From contig CM060732.1 in the NCBI GenBank assembly GCA_030704615.1, positions 28,830,001-28,894,000 on the forward strand: DNA of 64,000 bases. Direction: 5' to 3'. Source of the stretch: Takakia lepidozioides. Taxonomy: Eukaryota > Plantae > Bryophyta. Position 1 is the stretch's first letter. Every line of letters begins with the position of its first letter. The position numbers and the translations under genes were made by a program. The notes beneath the pieces were generated by a model. It had not been told where the DNA came from, did no database searches, and saw only the letters and a list, made by a program, of their open reading frames with translations. This document shows positions 26,697 through 39,914 of the stretch, one piece after another.

Positions 26697-27446
26697 CTAT
26701 GCTATCAACTTCCAGACTTCTCTCAAAGTGCCTCGCTCTGCTTGATGGTAAGGTGTAGGAGGTATATCTATGTCCAGAAACCTGCCACTAACCTTGTCCC
26801 AAGCTACAGTAGCTCGCTCTAACCAACCCTCCTCCTCTTTCTGCCAGGTAGAGACAAAGCAACACTCTGCTATCTCCCGCTCACTGAACACTAAAGAAAA
26901 CAAAGGTAGGGTCTGATAGTCTCTCAACTCGAAAGCTTTGAGACGATTGCGGGTGTCTTCATTGCGAATGACTGCATCGCCTTCAAACAGAACAAACTTG
27001 TCCTCGCTAATGAACCCCCGCTCGTGGTTGCCTTGTGTAGAGCGTGTCCGACTGCAACACTGTCTAATTGCACAAACTTGTGCAGCTCCTGCTCCTCTGC
27101 TCCAGTACACCACGGCCTTGTGGCTGAACACCTTGGTCCCCGGGGCTGTCTTTGGCTGTGTTCCAAGCCTAGCTTTCACCCACTTTGGTATTTCACCTAC
27201 AGCTGCAGAACTGCTGGCTCCAACAGAGTTCTGACTGTCCAAGGCGATATTGAGGCCCTCAATGCCAACTACAGCAGTCTGTTGTCTACTGCTAATGCCT
27301 GACTCCCAGTATGCAATCAACTCGTCCAACTGTTCTCCACTCAAATCAGTCTGAGTTCCTTGGGAAACATAAATCGTGTCCCCTTGTGTGCACAGACTAA
27401 GAGAAGAGACCTGCCCTTCAATTACGTCCTCATTTCCCCCAGCCAT
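26697..27446 (-). CDS. Additional ORF upstream of gag, 249 aa, unknown function
   Basis: Open frame from ATG, conserved in copy 2 (about 54490-55248). Confidence 0.6.
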   Translation of the reverse strand: MAGGNEDVIEGQVSSLSLCTQGDTIYVSQGTQTDLSGEQLDELIAYWESGISSRQQTAVVGIEGLNIALDSQNSVGASSSAAVGEIPKWVKARLGTQPKTAPGTKVFSHKAVVYWSRGAGAAQVCAIRQCCSRTRSTQGNHERGFISEDKFVLFEGDAVIRNEDTRNRLKAFELRDYQTLPLFSLVFSEREIAECCFVSTWQKEEEGWLERATVAWDKVSGRFLDIDIPPTPYHQAERGTLREVWKLIA

Positions 27447-27704
27447 GCATGGAGTACATCCACCAATTTGTCTCTCATATAGACCAGCACAGGTTCTAGA
27501 GACAGGATTGTGGATCTTTCATGGCACTCTCACACTCTAAAAATTCCATAGATTTTTAGCAGAGTCCCCAAAGCAGAAACCAGGTTTAGATAGGTAGATT
27601 TCCCCTTTTTGCAGCTATCCCCCAAAAAACTGGGTCAACCAGAGTCCATTTGACAAAGATATGATGAATTTGGCTCCAAATCATTCAAATTAGATTAAAA
27701 AGGG

Positions 27705-27735
<31 letters not shown>

Positions 27736-29773
27736 GTTTTCAAGTTTAACAATTTAAAGTTACACCCAAAATGTCTGGTAACTGGTTCCCGGTTCCCTAA
27801 GTTCTATATGGCATCCTAGGTTCCCTGGCCACGTGCCTGCTGTTCCCCTCCATTTCATTTGAGTTCAACAGCTCACCATGCTTTGGAATCCCAACCGTCT
27901 TCTACCACAAACCATGGTGACGATGGAGGTCGTGGAGCTCATTTCCCCTTAGCAACACTTCACCTTGGCACCCTCACAAGTTTCATTGAAGTAAAGTTGG
28001 CAAGCAAGTTCCTGCAAAGCCTGCCCCACACACCAGCTTAGCAGTGTCCAAATTGAGTGATCCCCCAGCTGGGACCTTTCTTCAAGCCTGTCGGCTATGT
28101 GGAAACCCAGCTGCAGTGCACGGAAGTACGCGTGCCTCGACCACTCGGCAATGTGCCTGGCTTTATGGCAGATCTGTCCTCTGATCCTTGCTTACTAGCA
28201 GGTGCTCTCAAAACCCCAAAGAACTGTTGTCCACTGGCTTCAAGTCCGAGAGCTAGCTGATCAATCTGTGTGGCAGTGAGTAGGGCTACGGTTCCAAAGA
28301 CAATATAGAGAACCGATCACGGAGGATGGCTGTTTAACCATTCTAAGCACCTTGCCAGCTGCAAGGGAAAAACCCCAACTTTCCTCCTTCCCTACCCTGC
28401 TTAGAAAGAGCAACCTAAGCTGCTGACAGTAAGAGCCTCTTTCCGAGGAGAAACCCAGACTCTTACGTCATTCAACCACTAGGGGTACAATCCAGTTCAC
28501 CATAACAGAGTCAGTAAATATCCTCCCTGACAGACTCCTTCACGTTCTACATAAAGCATATTGCCAAAGCTGCAGTCGCACCATTGTGAAGGATCTTTAA
28601 AGAACTCCAGTCAGCGCTGTTCCATGCTCCAGTGCTGACCTACATGCCAGATATTCAAAAGGGCCCCTTCTTCGACCAGATTACTAGGTGCTGGTCAAGC
28701 CAAAAGACAATTCACGGTGCATAGAATACCCGCACATAGAAACAGCGAAGTGTTATGACCTAGTCTCGTTGGGATCCCTGAAGGCTTCGTAGGAGGCGTA
28801 GCTACCACTTGGAAGGGACTCTGCACTTGGGCCTTGACAAGTAGGATCCCGCTTTCAACTCCATAACCCAGTCCTTAATCTGGTCAGCAAGCAAGCAGTT
28901 AGCAAGCAAGCATCACGCATCAGTGAAAACCATAATCTGCTGCTCCATTTGAGTACATCTCTCAACCCCTCTCTACAGTCCCCCAACATTACCAATCACA
29001 TTCTGCTCGTCCGCTGCCTCCCCAGCACCACAAGATGTGGAAGGCTTGTTCTGCACCCTCGGTTCTTGATCCAAACAAAAACAACTGATGAACAAAGTGT
29101 TTCCATAAAAACAACGGAACAACAGATGGGAGAGATGGTGCATCCCTGCGCCCCGCCATCCAGCGCGCTCTGCTTCTCGTTCGACCTTCACTACTCACGC
29201 CATACACGAGTGCGCAACGCCGAGACCCGTCGACAGCACGTCCGGAGACTCCGCACAGGGGCAAACAGCAACACAGATGCAGGCAGACAGTTCAGTGGTC
29301 ACTGCAAGACCCCATCACCAAGGACTTGGGCCAACTTGACCAATTTCTACACTCATGCCAACCTGGTTCTTGACAAGCTACCGCTCCCGCCAAGTAAAAC
29401 CATCAGCGCTACAGGTCACGGTGAATCCAGCAATATGCCTGCAAGCCAGAATGGGCTACAAGCCAATGGCCCTTCTTGAGCTGCAACACAACGGACCACA
29501 CAAGTTGGGCACGACTGGCCTACTGGGTGCTCAGCCTGCCCCAGCGCTCAGGCAGCAGGCTACTAGGGCCCCCGCGCGCACCCGCCACCACAAAACAGGG
29601 ATAACTACACCCTGATCACCACCAACGCCCATGTGTAAACAACAAGCGCAAACCCATGGCAACAGCAGGACTAGATGGGCTCCTGCCCCAAGTTATATAT
29701 AATATAATAGTGTTAAAAGAACATTGTATCTAGCTTAGCACTAGAAAACTAGATAAGCTCATCTCTCTCGAGT

Positions 29774-30119
29774 GATAAACAAGCTAAAGTCACACACGAT
29801 GCAAAGCATGTAAACCAAACCATCACTCTTAGAAATAGAAGTCGAGCCAGGGGCACCCCAAGCTATGGGGACTCCACCCCACAACAACCTACACTCCCAT
29901 CATAAGCACACTCAGATCTAAACGCATGAAGGAGCTCGGTCGCGCAGGCTCAACTCGAGAGAGATGAGCTGCGCGACTGCCGCTCTCGTGAAGATAAGAC
30001 AGACCAGGTGTCAAACTAAACTTGACACCTGATTTAACACTTGACCTAAATCCAAGTGTTAAATACAAATAACTAGTTTTATTCTAGCTGTTTTCACACT
30101 GTGCTTATTTAACTTGACA
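29774..30119 (-). repeat. 5' terminal repeat B, followed by self-complementary PBS (29756-29773)
   Basis: One visible substitution against 18151-18496. The PBS is the reverse complement of 29953-29970. Confidence 0.95.
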
Positions 30120-30123
30120 CCCT

Positions 30124-30643
30124 TATCGCCGCAGGATTTTGGATGGTGCAGCGCACTGACGTCCCCAGACAACCATTTCCGCTTCCACAGCCTCTACCAC
30201 CGACCCCTGTGAGAGCAAGAACAATGGGACACGACAGCTCTAAGCATCCTACACACCGTTGGGGGAAACTGAAGAGGCGGCGACCTCCCTCAAAAGTGAA
30301 CGAGACAAGGATGGGGAATGCACTTCGGATGAACTGTACAATCCAGAGCTCGACAGAAGTGCCCCCACCAGGATTCGGGCGTGTGTATCAGATGGCCGCG
30401 GCAGGCTCAGCTGTTCGCAATGAGGTGTACACCATCACCATTTCAGAATTACCCACCTGCAATTGCACCGACTTCCAGATCATGGCGAACAAGGGGGCAT
30501 CATACTGCCCTTGCAAGCATTTGTACTACGTGTACCTAAAGAGACTCCGTTGTAATTCCACAACTCATCACTTCATACATGCACCAGGGTTGAGCCCCCG
30601 GGAGGTTCACACTCTTCTGAATATGGATCCAGGGGACCAGTGA
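30124..30643 (+). pseudogene. MULE transposase copy 2, 3' part with SWIM zinc finger
   Basis: VYTITISELPTCNCTDF..CPCKHLYYV. Confidence 0.88.
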
Positions 30644-31490
30644 GCTTGGCTTGCGGTCCCAATACAATGGTACGCCCATCCTTTTCAGATAGTAGAACTG
30701 TACTGCTGCCAGTACCTCAGACTCTGGCCACAGAAAGGTCCGACATATGTCTTGCCTACCAGTAACCTGTTTTGCTCGAACTAAGATATTACTATATCGT
30801 TCACTTGTTTCCACGTGCATGTATTTTTGTATGTTGGAGGGTTCATGTTTTTCTGCTTTCCGAAAACTTGCTTTCCTCATTCGACCTCCGACAAGGAAAT
30901 GCGGCGCCGCATCTCCAAGTATCGTCGTAGGTACTGGTAGAGGCGGCCTTCGCCAACACCAAACCGCTCCAAAATTTTGCACGTGCGAACCCTAATGCGG
31001 CACCTTATTTCCCAGTTCAGTTGCAAACCTTTCCCGCCGAATACCCGAAGAAGACAGAATTGTGAAGTACTGCAGACTCTATTGGTGCAGACTCCATTGG
31101 TTCAATCGCGGCAAAAGGGTCAGCTTCATTCCAATGTTAAGGCATGTAAAACCGCGGAATACTCTATACAGGCCAGTATGCGACGTCCTTTTGCAGTGGT
31201 ATACTGGATTTCCCGTTGCACGGTCACTTATTTCCATGAGCGGATCCTCCTCCAAATTTGGAAATGCGGCAGATTAAACAAGTATTAAAATAATAGTTTT
31301 TTATTTGACCTTGCCGTTTTTGGACGTTCCAGATCATGTAATGCGGCGAAGATATGTCGTCAGTAACAAGTCCGCTCATGGTTGTCCGCTCATGAAATCC
31401 GCGTATCTTAGACTTCGGCTCACCGCTCATGCCGCTCATGCGGCTCATGGCTCATGGCTCATGGTTTCTGCTCATGAAATAGTAAACCTC

Positions 31491-32636
31491 CAATACATGG
31501 CCTAACCATGTGGGCTGCCACTACTGGCCCCTCATTTCCAGGAGCTCTCATCTCATTCTGGTTTCTGATCCAGAATGGACAAGCCGCCTTACGTTGTCCT
31601 GCCTGATTACAATAGTAACACAGTTCTTCTCCATTGGGTCCTCGCCCTTGGTCTGTTCTGGGATTATTTCTGTAATCCTGATTCCCTGGCTGGTAATTCC
31701 CTTTTGGATTACCTCTCCTTTCCATGCCATTGTTATAACCACCTGTCCTACCATAGTGGTCTTGATCATTGTTTCTTCTTGGCTGGGGTTGCACTTGATG
31801 CACCCTTACCTGCCTAGGCTCTCTTACTGCTATTCTTCTGTTGTAGTAACAATTTTCAGTAGAATGGTTATCCATTTTACAGATAGTGCAGTGTTTCTCC
31901 TTCATGTGGCATTCAGTAGTGGTGTGGCCTTCATTCTGGCATTTTGCACACCAAACACCCTTCCTCCAATGTGTTGCAGCCTCTGTGGCATACTTTTTCA
32001 AGATTTATTCTATCTCTTCTCATAATTTTCCCTCTTCATCTTTTCCTTCTTTTTACTCTTCTTTTTATGCTCCATCTCTTCTTCTTCTTCTGACTCATCC
32101 TCAGAGTCCTCTTCATCTCTTTTCTCCTTCCTGAGCATTCCCGACTGCTCAATTCTGTTTGCTGTCTCAAATGCCTCCTCCACTGTATTGTGGGGTAACA
32201 AGTCTACTTTCTTTTGCAACTCTGGCCTTAGTCCATTCACAAACCAAGCCTTCTGCAATCCTGGTGCTGGTATAGCAGCCAACTTTTTCATCATCAACTC
32301 CATTTTCTCCATATACTCTTCAACAGTTTCATGCTTCTTCTGCTTCAGCTGTTGTAAACTCCCATACACTTCATCCTCAGTTTTACTGGTCCTGAACCTA
32401 TTTCGGAACGTTGTACTCAAGCCAATCCAGGTTAGGAAATGATTATCAGGGAATCTTGCATACCATTCACTAGCTTTCTTTATAAGTGAACACGGAAATA
32501 GTCTCATCTTGGCATCATCGCCATTCTCATTGTTCACTATACACGTGTGCTCAAATTGGCTAATGTGTACATCAGGATCCCCTTTCCCTGAATATATCGG
32601 AAAAGGTGGTTTAGCCCGTGTTGGTTGTAACGCCAT
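31491..32636 (-). pseudogene. Gag of the older Gypsy element with three zinc knuckles
   Basis: YSGKGDPDVHI, LKQKKHETVEEY, FVNGLRPEL; CAKCQNEGHTTTEC, CTICKMDNHSTENC, CYYCNQAGQRKAAC. Confidence 0.88.
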
Positions 32637-32692
32637 CTGCGACCCTACACCCTGCCCCTGACAGTTGTTGGCCTTTTGGCTGATGCTGGTCC

Positions 32693-33907
32693 CTATGGAC
32701 CTGTAGTATTTGTGGTGGTTCTTCCACCAATTACTGGCCCCTGAACCCTTCCTGCTCCTGGCCTTTCTATATTCACAGTATTCCCAGCCTCAATTGCACT
32801 ACTTTCCACACTCCCTGTCCCCCCAGAGCCAGATCCAGGTCTTTCGCCTGATCCCTCTGAGCCGACACCTTCATTGGCCTGTGATCCAAGTGCTCCACTT
32901 GATCCAGGTCCAACGGGTTGGGATGTCCTGGTTGTAGTCTCAACCTCAGCAGCTGGGTCTACTTCTTCATATTCCTCATCTTCCAATTTCTTTCCTTGGT
33001 TTTCTTCTTCTTCACTCATGTAACTATTTTGTAATAATGTTGGAGAGTTTGAACTCTCCGCTGGTTCTGCATCCTCATCTTCTGCTCCCGAAACTGGAGT
33101 TCCTGCTCTTGGTGTTCCATGCCAACTCTTATCAAAGATTTCTGCCAAATCTTTTATCCAGGGATGTACCTCAGATCTTTCACCTCGTGGTTGATCTTCT
33201 TCCTCTGCCAAGTCCCTTAATCTTTCTTGCAAAGAAAAAGAAGGTGTGGTATCCAACTCTAGCTCCTCTGGTATAGGTGATGTACTCCCTGATCTCAATG
33301 GTGTGAGAGGTCCAGATGATTCCCCAATGTCTATTCCTCTCTCCCACAGGTATGGATAATGAGCTTTCAGATAACTTTCTCTTTTTGCTGAATATCTTTG
33401 GAGTCTAGCTTCTCTTTCATCACTCATGTCCCATATCTTTCATTTCTTTTAGTGTGGCAACAACCAAAATTCTCTCCTGTAGTATCTCTCATATATGCCT
33501 GGGTTTCTTTCCAGCTTCAATGTACCTCTGGCTATACTGGAAGTCTCCGTTACCATATAACCATATGGTAAACAAGTCTGAAAAGCTGTTCTTGGTGTAA
33601 GTTTGATCCACAAGATATCCTTTGGAATCCAATTCTTTACCAATACAAGCTCCTCATGCATATGAGTGTAAACATTCACTTTCCTTTCCTCCCAGCTTTC
33701 AAACTCTACCCGCTTAATAGATAGTAAGGCTATCACATAAACCAATGTTGGTAACCACCGTGCTCTTCCTCTACAGGCTACCTGATAAATCTTTATCACT
33801 CCTTTCTCCAGACCCCATTCCGGATCAGCATCATGCACTCGCTTAAGAATATTTTCTTTACAACCATCTGGCAATTCAAAGAACCTTTGAAAGAATTGTT
33901 TCGACAA
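32693..33907 (-). other. Two ORFs (244 aa and 152 aa) upstream of the old Gypsy gag; probably gag N-terminal extension or accessory ORF
   Basis: Same strand as, and adjacent to, gag; no recognisable domain. Confidence 0.4.
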
Positions 33908-34837
33908 TCTTTCTTCCTTCGTTCCACAGGGAATTTAATTCACTTCAAATTCTTTAATCCTCCAACCACCATGATCCCACCAGATGCCTGTCACATCTGG
34001 TTGTTCATGACTCAGTTCCCTAGTATGGTCGCCAAATGTCACACGGCTTTTACTCACCCATCCCTTCGCTATCCGAGGGGAAACTCCAAGATAGAAGAGT
34101 TGGATATCTCTAAGCATTCAGCCCGCGTGAAACAATCAGTCATGACCTGCAGCTAGTGAAACATTGTTGGGTTTCCAATTATATTCCTTATCAGTTTATA
34201 TTCCCTGTTTATCATGACCAGATATCTTTTTAAGCGTCAGATTGCTTCTTGGGCCCCCTGATTTCATTCATACACAGCTTCACTCAAGTCTCTCAACACA
34301 AGGTGTTTGTATCGGATGAGAATCAGATTAATCATAATCGGATACATGCTGATGTCCTAACTTCTCTAATCTATCCCTCTAAGTAATCCTACATCTCGTA
34401 CTAACTCCGTCCTATAGTATCTCCTTCCTCCTCGCCAGCTTCCCTTCCTTCGATCTTAGTCCTTCCCCAGGAGTGATCTCTGTGGCTAAAGTCCCCCAGC
34501 AGTGATCTCCATCCCCAAAAAGTGATCCTCTCCCGTCTCCGCTGCCCCCTTTATCTCCTTCCCTCCTGTTCTAACCGTTTTCCTTCACTAACCGTCCTCC
34601 GTGAATTACATGTTCCCCGGCAGATGTTGTTCCCCACAGTCGTTCCCTGTCATGATAACCGTTCCCTACGACTGTGACAGCTGTGACTGACTGTGCGACT
34701 GTGTCAGACTGTGACGGCTGTTTCGGGCTATGTTGGGCTGTGACTGGCTGTGACGGGCTATCTCAAAAAATTAAGGGTACCCCTCAGAACCCATAGAAGT
34801 GTCTAAGTCCCAGACTCCTCAGAACCCATAAAAATGC

Positions 34838-35300
34838 CTAAGTCCCAGACTGCCTCCTAACACCATGCACCTCTTTGCCCTTCTCCAGGGCTGCCAGGCC
34901 TGCAATGCATACAAACATGATGTGGCCGGGCTGACCCCTTCCCCGTTTGCTCATAGGTCTCCAAAGCCTCCATCCCACGTCCCTGCTGTGCATACCCTGC
35001 AAGCATCGCACTCCACGACACCACATCTCGTTCAGCCATAGTGTTGAACACTCCCTTTGCATCCTCGATGCACCCACATTTTGCATACATGTCCACTAGG
35101 GTATTGTTCAGAATGACATTTGGTACAATTCTAGCTCTGAAGATGTCACCACGGACCTCCTTCCCCTTTTCCAGAGCTGCCAGGGTAGTGTTTAGAATGA
35201 CAATAGGTACAATTCCAGCTTTGATGATATCCTCATGCACCTCTTTGCCCTTCTCAAGGGCTGCCAGGCTTGCACAAGCATTGCAATGCACACAAACATG
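34838..35300 (-). pseudogene. PLS-class PPR gene fragments with internal duplications
   Basis: ACASLAALEKGKEVH (repeated), LVDMYAKCGCIEDA, RDVVSWSAMLAGYAQQG. Confidence 0.88.
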
Positions 35301-35739
35301 ATGTGAGAGGGCAAAACAGGCTGAAATAGGTCAAAGAAGAAGGTGCCCTCACCACATTGTCCTTGAGCTTGTGTCATGACTTGACCGACCATCAACCCAA
35401 AAGGACCTCTTGTGTGTGGTGCTTGTGTCTGTAGTCAGGTAATGTCGGATTGGTCTGTGAGATCGAGCCACCACGTTGCAGTTGAGTAGGCAGAGATTGA
35501 AACACGGCCTGCTAAGACCAAGCTCACTCTCCCAAGAACGGTGAGCTCACAAGAATGTTGCGAGCTTCTCCTCGTCTCCTCTCCTCCTCGTCTCCTCCTT
35601 CCTACATCATTTGCTCATCGCCTCTATCCCACACCCCTGCATATCCTGCGATCATCGCGTTCCATCCCTCGGCTACATGGTGTGGCGCAGGAGACAATAA
35701 AAAACACCAAGTCCCAGCCCTCCTCTGTGTTCACGATTA

Positions 35740-35865
35740 CCCTAATGGGCAACCTTATTAGTAACTTTCTAACTTTTTTAAACCTAATGGGTAACCTTAT
35801 TAGCAACTTGTAGGTTTTTTAAACCTAATGGGCAACCTTATTAGCAACTTTTTGACTTTTTAACC
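35740..35865. repeat. Three tandem ~40-bp repeats (CCTAATGGGCAACCTTATTAG core)
   Basis: Directly visible. Confidence 0.85.
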
Positions 35866-37444
35866 TTTTGCACTTTGATTCATTCTAGGTCAGAGGCTAA
35901 AATCCTCCTACCAGACGTCTAGAAAACCAAAACACCACGTAGACAAACATTTGATAATGGTAATAAAATATATTACCATTGGGCTGGTTTGAACACTTGT
36001 TAGTAAATTTAGGTTAGGATTTTTTCGAGATACTCTGGTTTTTTCTTTGATGTGTGAGATGACAAAGTCCAAGCATGTCACATAAACAAGGAGTTCAACG
36101 TAAGGATGATGCAAGTGATTTGTGGCAAAAAGTGTAAATCATGCCTATGCCTATTTGTCCTAGTTGTGTCATAGGTTGCAACGGAACGGGGCCACCTTTG
36201 AATGCAATCCCCATGCTCATTTCACCAAGGGCATTATAGACTTCATAATGTAGAGATTGAAAATGGGGTGTAGCAGGGGGTGATTCTTCACTTGCTAGTA
36301 GCCCATCGTGCAGATTTCTAAACATGAACATGAAGTTCATAATCATTTTCTAAGGGCATCATTCTCAAACTCCCCATACATCACAATGTGGAAATTCTAT
36401 GGTCCCATTTCACAAATGTGTGTAACATGCCATGTAAACTAAGCCAACTCCCACCACGCTCATGGCTGTTTTCACACCGTTCTTGCCTCGGGTGTGGATC
36501 ACATGTGAGACACCCCACAGTTATGGCATATTTTGACCCACATCTTGGCTCACTCGACAGACCCGTGATAAAAAGCCGTGGAATGTGCCAGGTGTGAGAT
36601 GGCAGAGCCGTGGAAAAAGTCGGTTTCTCTTCTAGTGTTGCAGGAAGGCGACTAATGATGGGGCTACTTTTGCACCCGGCCTCTTGATCTATCGATTTTT
36701 AGATGCTGGGACTTGTGTAATTGAAGACCAAGCGATGATCTTATTGAGATGCATACTTGTCGGCTATCCGGTGTTAGAGGGACCTAATCACTAGCTAAGG
36801 GGGCGATGGTGGCATAGCTTGTATGCTTAGAATGTGTGGTGGACAACGATGTATATTGTGGCACGATGCTTAGGTGCACGACAACTGTCATGGTTTTAGT
36901 CATGGTTAACTAGAATTACCTACTTCTAGTTAACTAGGACATTTTGGATATTTATATTTGTATTTTGTGTGTTGGGACTTCATTTGGTCTCATATGCCAA
37001 GTGAGGTGTCAAGCCTCACTTGGGACATGGGAAAGGGGTTTTCCCCTTGTGAGTGTTGAGGAGGGCTAATCTTCTTGTAGTTGAGCCTCCATGAGCTTCT
37101 CTCACATCTATAGCTCTAGGTATTGAGAGGGAGTGTGTTGAGGGCTTTATAGGGTGGATTCCCTTAGCAAGGGTGCCCTTGGCTTGACTTAGTTTATGTG
37201 ATAGAGTGGATTTCACTTGGAAGGACTAGGGCTTGTTCTTAGTGTGATTGCTTCATGCTTTGAGAGTTTTCATTGTCTTCCACTTCTCTCATTTCTCATC
37301 TCTTATCTATTGTGGCACAGCTTTCTAGGATTGTATGCTTAGAATGTGTGGTGGACAACGATGTATGTTGTGGCACGATGCTTAGGTGCACGGCAACGGG
37401 CAACTTGGATCGAAGGGGTGCTGGGCTCCAAGGTGAATCCCAAC

Positions 37445-37610
37445 CCTTGGATACTTCCGAGGCCTTTTTTCTTTCCGAAGCGCAGGCGTATAGAGCCTTC
37501 CGTTTGACGCCATCTTAGCCACTGCTTACAATAGGGAAGGCGGCTGGGAATATACGGTAATCGTGTCGGGTAAACTAATTTAGCCCCGACTACATGGTTC
37601 CCCCTATCGT
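37445..37610. repeat. Dispersed repeat shared with about 49305-49470; unclassified TE fragment
   Basis: CCTTGGATACTTCCGAGGCC...GACGCCATCTTAGCCAC...TTTAGCCCCGAC occurs at both sites. Confidence 0.75.
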
Positions 37611-39221
37611 ACATCGGGGAATGCATGCGCGTGAGCCTGGCCACATGAGTGCGTGAGCCTAGCCAGGCTCACGCCACGTCAGCAAGGTTTCCCATGTGCA
37701 GGACCTTCGCGGATGCCACCTATTTCCGCGGAACTGTAGGCGACTACCACGCCCTAGATTTGCCAACTTTATTTTCCGAAAAGTCTCATCCTTCATCCAA
37801 ATCTTGGTCGGATGAAAAATCACGGGTGGTTTGTGGATGGTTTTTGTCCATGGGCATAGGATATTTCAGATAGTACAATGTCATGTTGCGTAATGAACAC
37901 GAAGGAGAATGAGTTTGTTCTAACGAAGTTCCTTCCCCTCAATTCACGTCCATTTTTCATTGATAGACGTTCTCCAGACAAACACCAGGAAATCCCTAAA
38001 GCGTCTTTGCGGTTTATGAAAAACATGGTGCAGAACAGGTTGGCAAAACTTGCAAAGAAGTTGAGCTAGTTTCTTCTCTCTTTTCATCCAAGCTCTACTC
38101 GTCTTCCGATCTTCGGGTTCCTTTCATCCCCTTCGGATGGTTCTTCGCTTTGTCAGTTTTCATTTGTCCTCATTCATATGGATGTGTCACCCTTGGAATG
38201 GTCTTATGTCACCCTAGTGACATGTTAGCCTCATGGCTCATTGGGGGTTTTTTTTTTTCCCCCTTCAATAAACCTAATAAAGTGATCTAGGGCTTCCTCC
38301 CTTGTTTTCAAAAAATAAATAAAATAAAATAAAATAAAATAAAATAGATTCAATATATACCCTCACAAATCCCAACATGGCACCTCCCTCCCGCAATGTG
38401 CCTAATGTTCTCCCCACCTCGTCATCCCTTCTCCTTCTCTCGTCATCGCACCGTTGCGACCTTTCAAAACCTCTTTGTCCGAAATTTACCGGGACAGCTA
38501 CAGGGAATTGACACAAAGCTACAGAACTCTTCTCTTCACCAACAAACAAACTACACTCGCATAATGTCAATTTAAGAAGCAAAGTGCACGAAGGCACATC
38601 GCCTTCCCACAAAGACTTTTGGGAGAGCTCCCCGGTGGGAAGACGACTGATGGTTACATCAGATGGATGGATGAACGAGGTTATCAAATGAATAGTCACA
38701 GACATTGGATGGATGTGAAGTAGGTTGCATACTTTTTCCTTGCAGCAACAGTCCCGTTACTAACTATGTACCTGGATATGGTGGCCACGTGTTGGCCACA
38801 CACATGCTACACGACATCGAGGGCAACAAGTGATTACCAATGGATGAGAATCAATTCGTCCATTCGGGTTTGTTTGTCTACCATCCCAGGTCATCCGAAA
38901 CTAGGGGAATATACCACTTGTCTCATTCTATCTCTCTTCAAGAAGGGGTTGTTCCCCTGGAATTGCAAAGCCACAACTTACAAGCAAACATCCAATAGAG
39001 TGTGATCTGTCTTTCATATCACTTTCTGGTCACAATTGTTTTTCAAAGTCATCTCTTCACACATACTCCTCTCGCCTAATAATTGCTGAACTTTGGCTCT
39101 GGACTATAGATTGCATGCAAGTTCTGCTGCATGCATTGGAGATTACAAAAATGGGGACAAGCAGGAGCAACACCTTCATGAAACAACAGCTATGGCACCA
39201 GCAGCTCAAATACCTCTCCTC

Positions 39222-39914
39222 CTACCGACATAAATCACAATTCCCTTCACATTGATAATACGTCTTCAGTGCTGAGTCTGCTTGTGGACGGTTCTTCGTG
39301 AAGTCCTCCGCCATCTCAATTTCTTGAATCTCCTGCATCTGCTGCAGGAGCTTTCCAAGATGATACATATTTGATGCCTTGGTATATAAACCACCCTCTT
39401 CTAAGGTGGTCTCATCCCAATCTGCATGCATGATTCTTGGAGCCTCCTGATCACGTCCAGCACTTTCCATATCAATAATGACCCACCCCGTCCGCTCAGG
39501 GCCATGCACTTTCACAATATTTTGCCACCGAAGATCACGGTGTGTGAAGTTGTTCTTGTGCAGCTCTTTGAGGCCACAAAGAACATCATGGACTGCCGGC
39601 CTCACCTTGTTTTGTTGTGGCTGTGCTGTTGGGTCACCAACAGGGTTCAATTTCACCTTGTATAGTTGTTGACGGTAACGTGTTGGTTCAGTCACAGCTT
39701 GCACCAACCATGGATTGCCTTTAATAGAGGCATAACGTTTCTTCAGCAATTCAAATTGGTCATCCTTCATTTTGGGCACAAATTTGAGAACATATGTTGG
39801 ACCAAACTCAACATGATTACCATTTGGCTGTCTCTTTGTGGAGTATAGTGAGCCTGGGACACCAGAATTAGGTAGACATGCAGCTAGCTGCTGCAACACA
39901 AGATACAACCTCAT
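39222..39914 (-). pseudogene. Protein kinase-like domain, probably 5'-truncated
   Basis: LKELHKNNFTHRDLRWQNIV catalytic loop; IIDME in place of DFG. Confidence 0.7.

Larger units (their letters stand above)
18063..30119 (-). mobile_element. Ty3/Gypsy retrotransposon with DNMT and PHD domains, copy 1
   Basis: TG..CA ends; TSD CCCT at 18059-18062 and 30120-30123, with the empty site visible in MULE copy 1 near 5287; gag-PR-DNMT-RT-RH-IN order; terminal repeats nearly identical. Confidence 0.95.
8567..31490 (+). mobile_element. MULE copy 2 with both ends (~10.9 kb excluding the nested Gypsy)
   Basis: Imperfect TIRs GGGGGCTGCTATTTCATGAGC (8567) and GAGGTTTACTATTTCATGAGC (reverse complement, ends 31490), with CATGAGC subrepeats. 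Right flank CAATACAT matches left CAATACA/CAGTACAT (8-bp TSD). Confidence 0.85.

Noticed and set aside
28070-28175. Possible C5HC2 zinc-finger fragment (SCSARKYACLDH) in the copy 1 cassette
   Set aside because: Too short and degenerate to call without a search.
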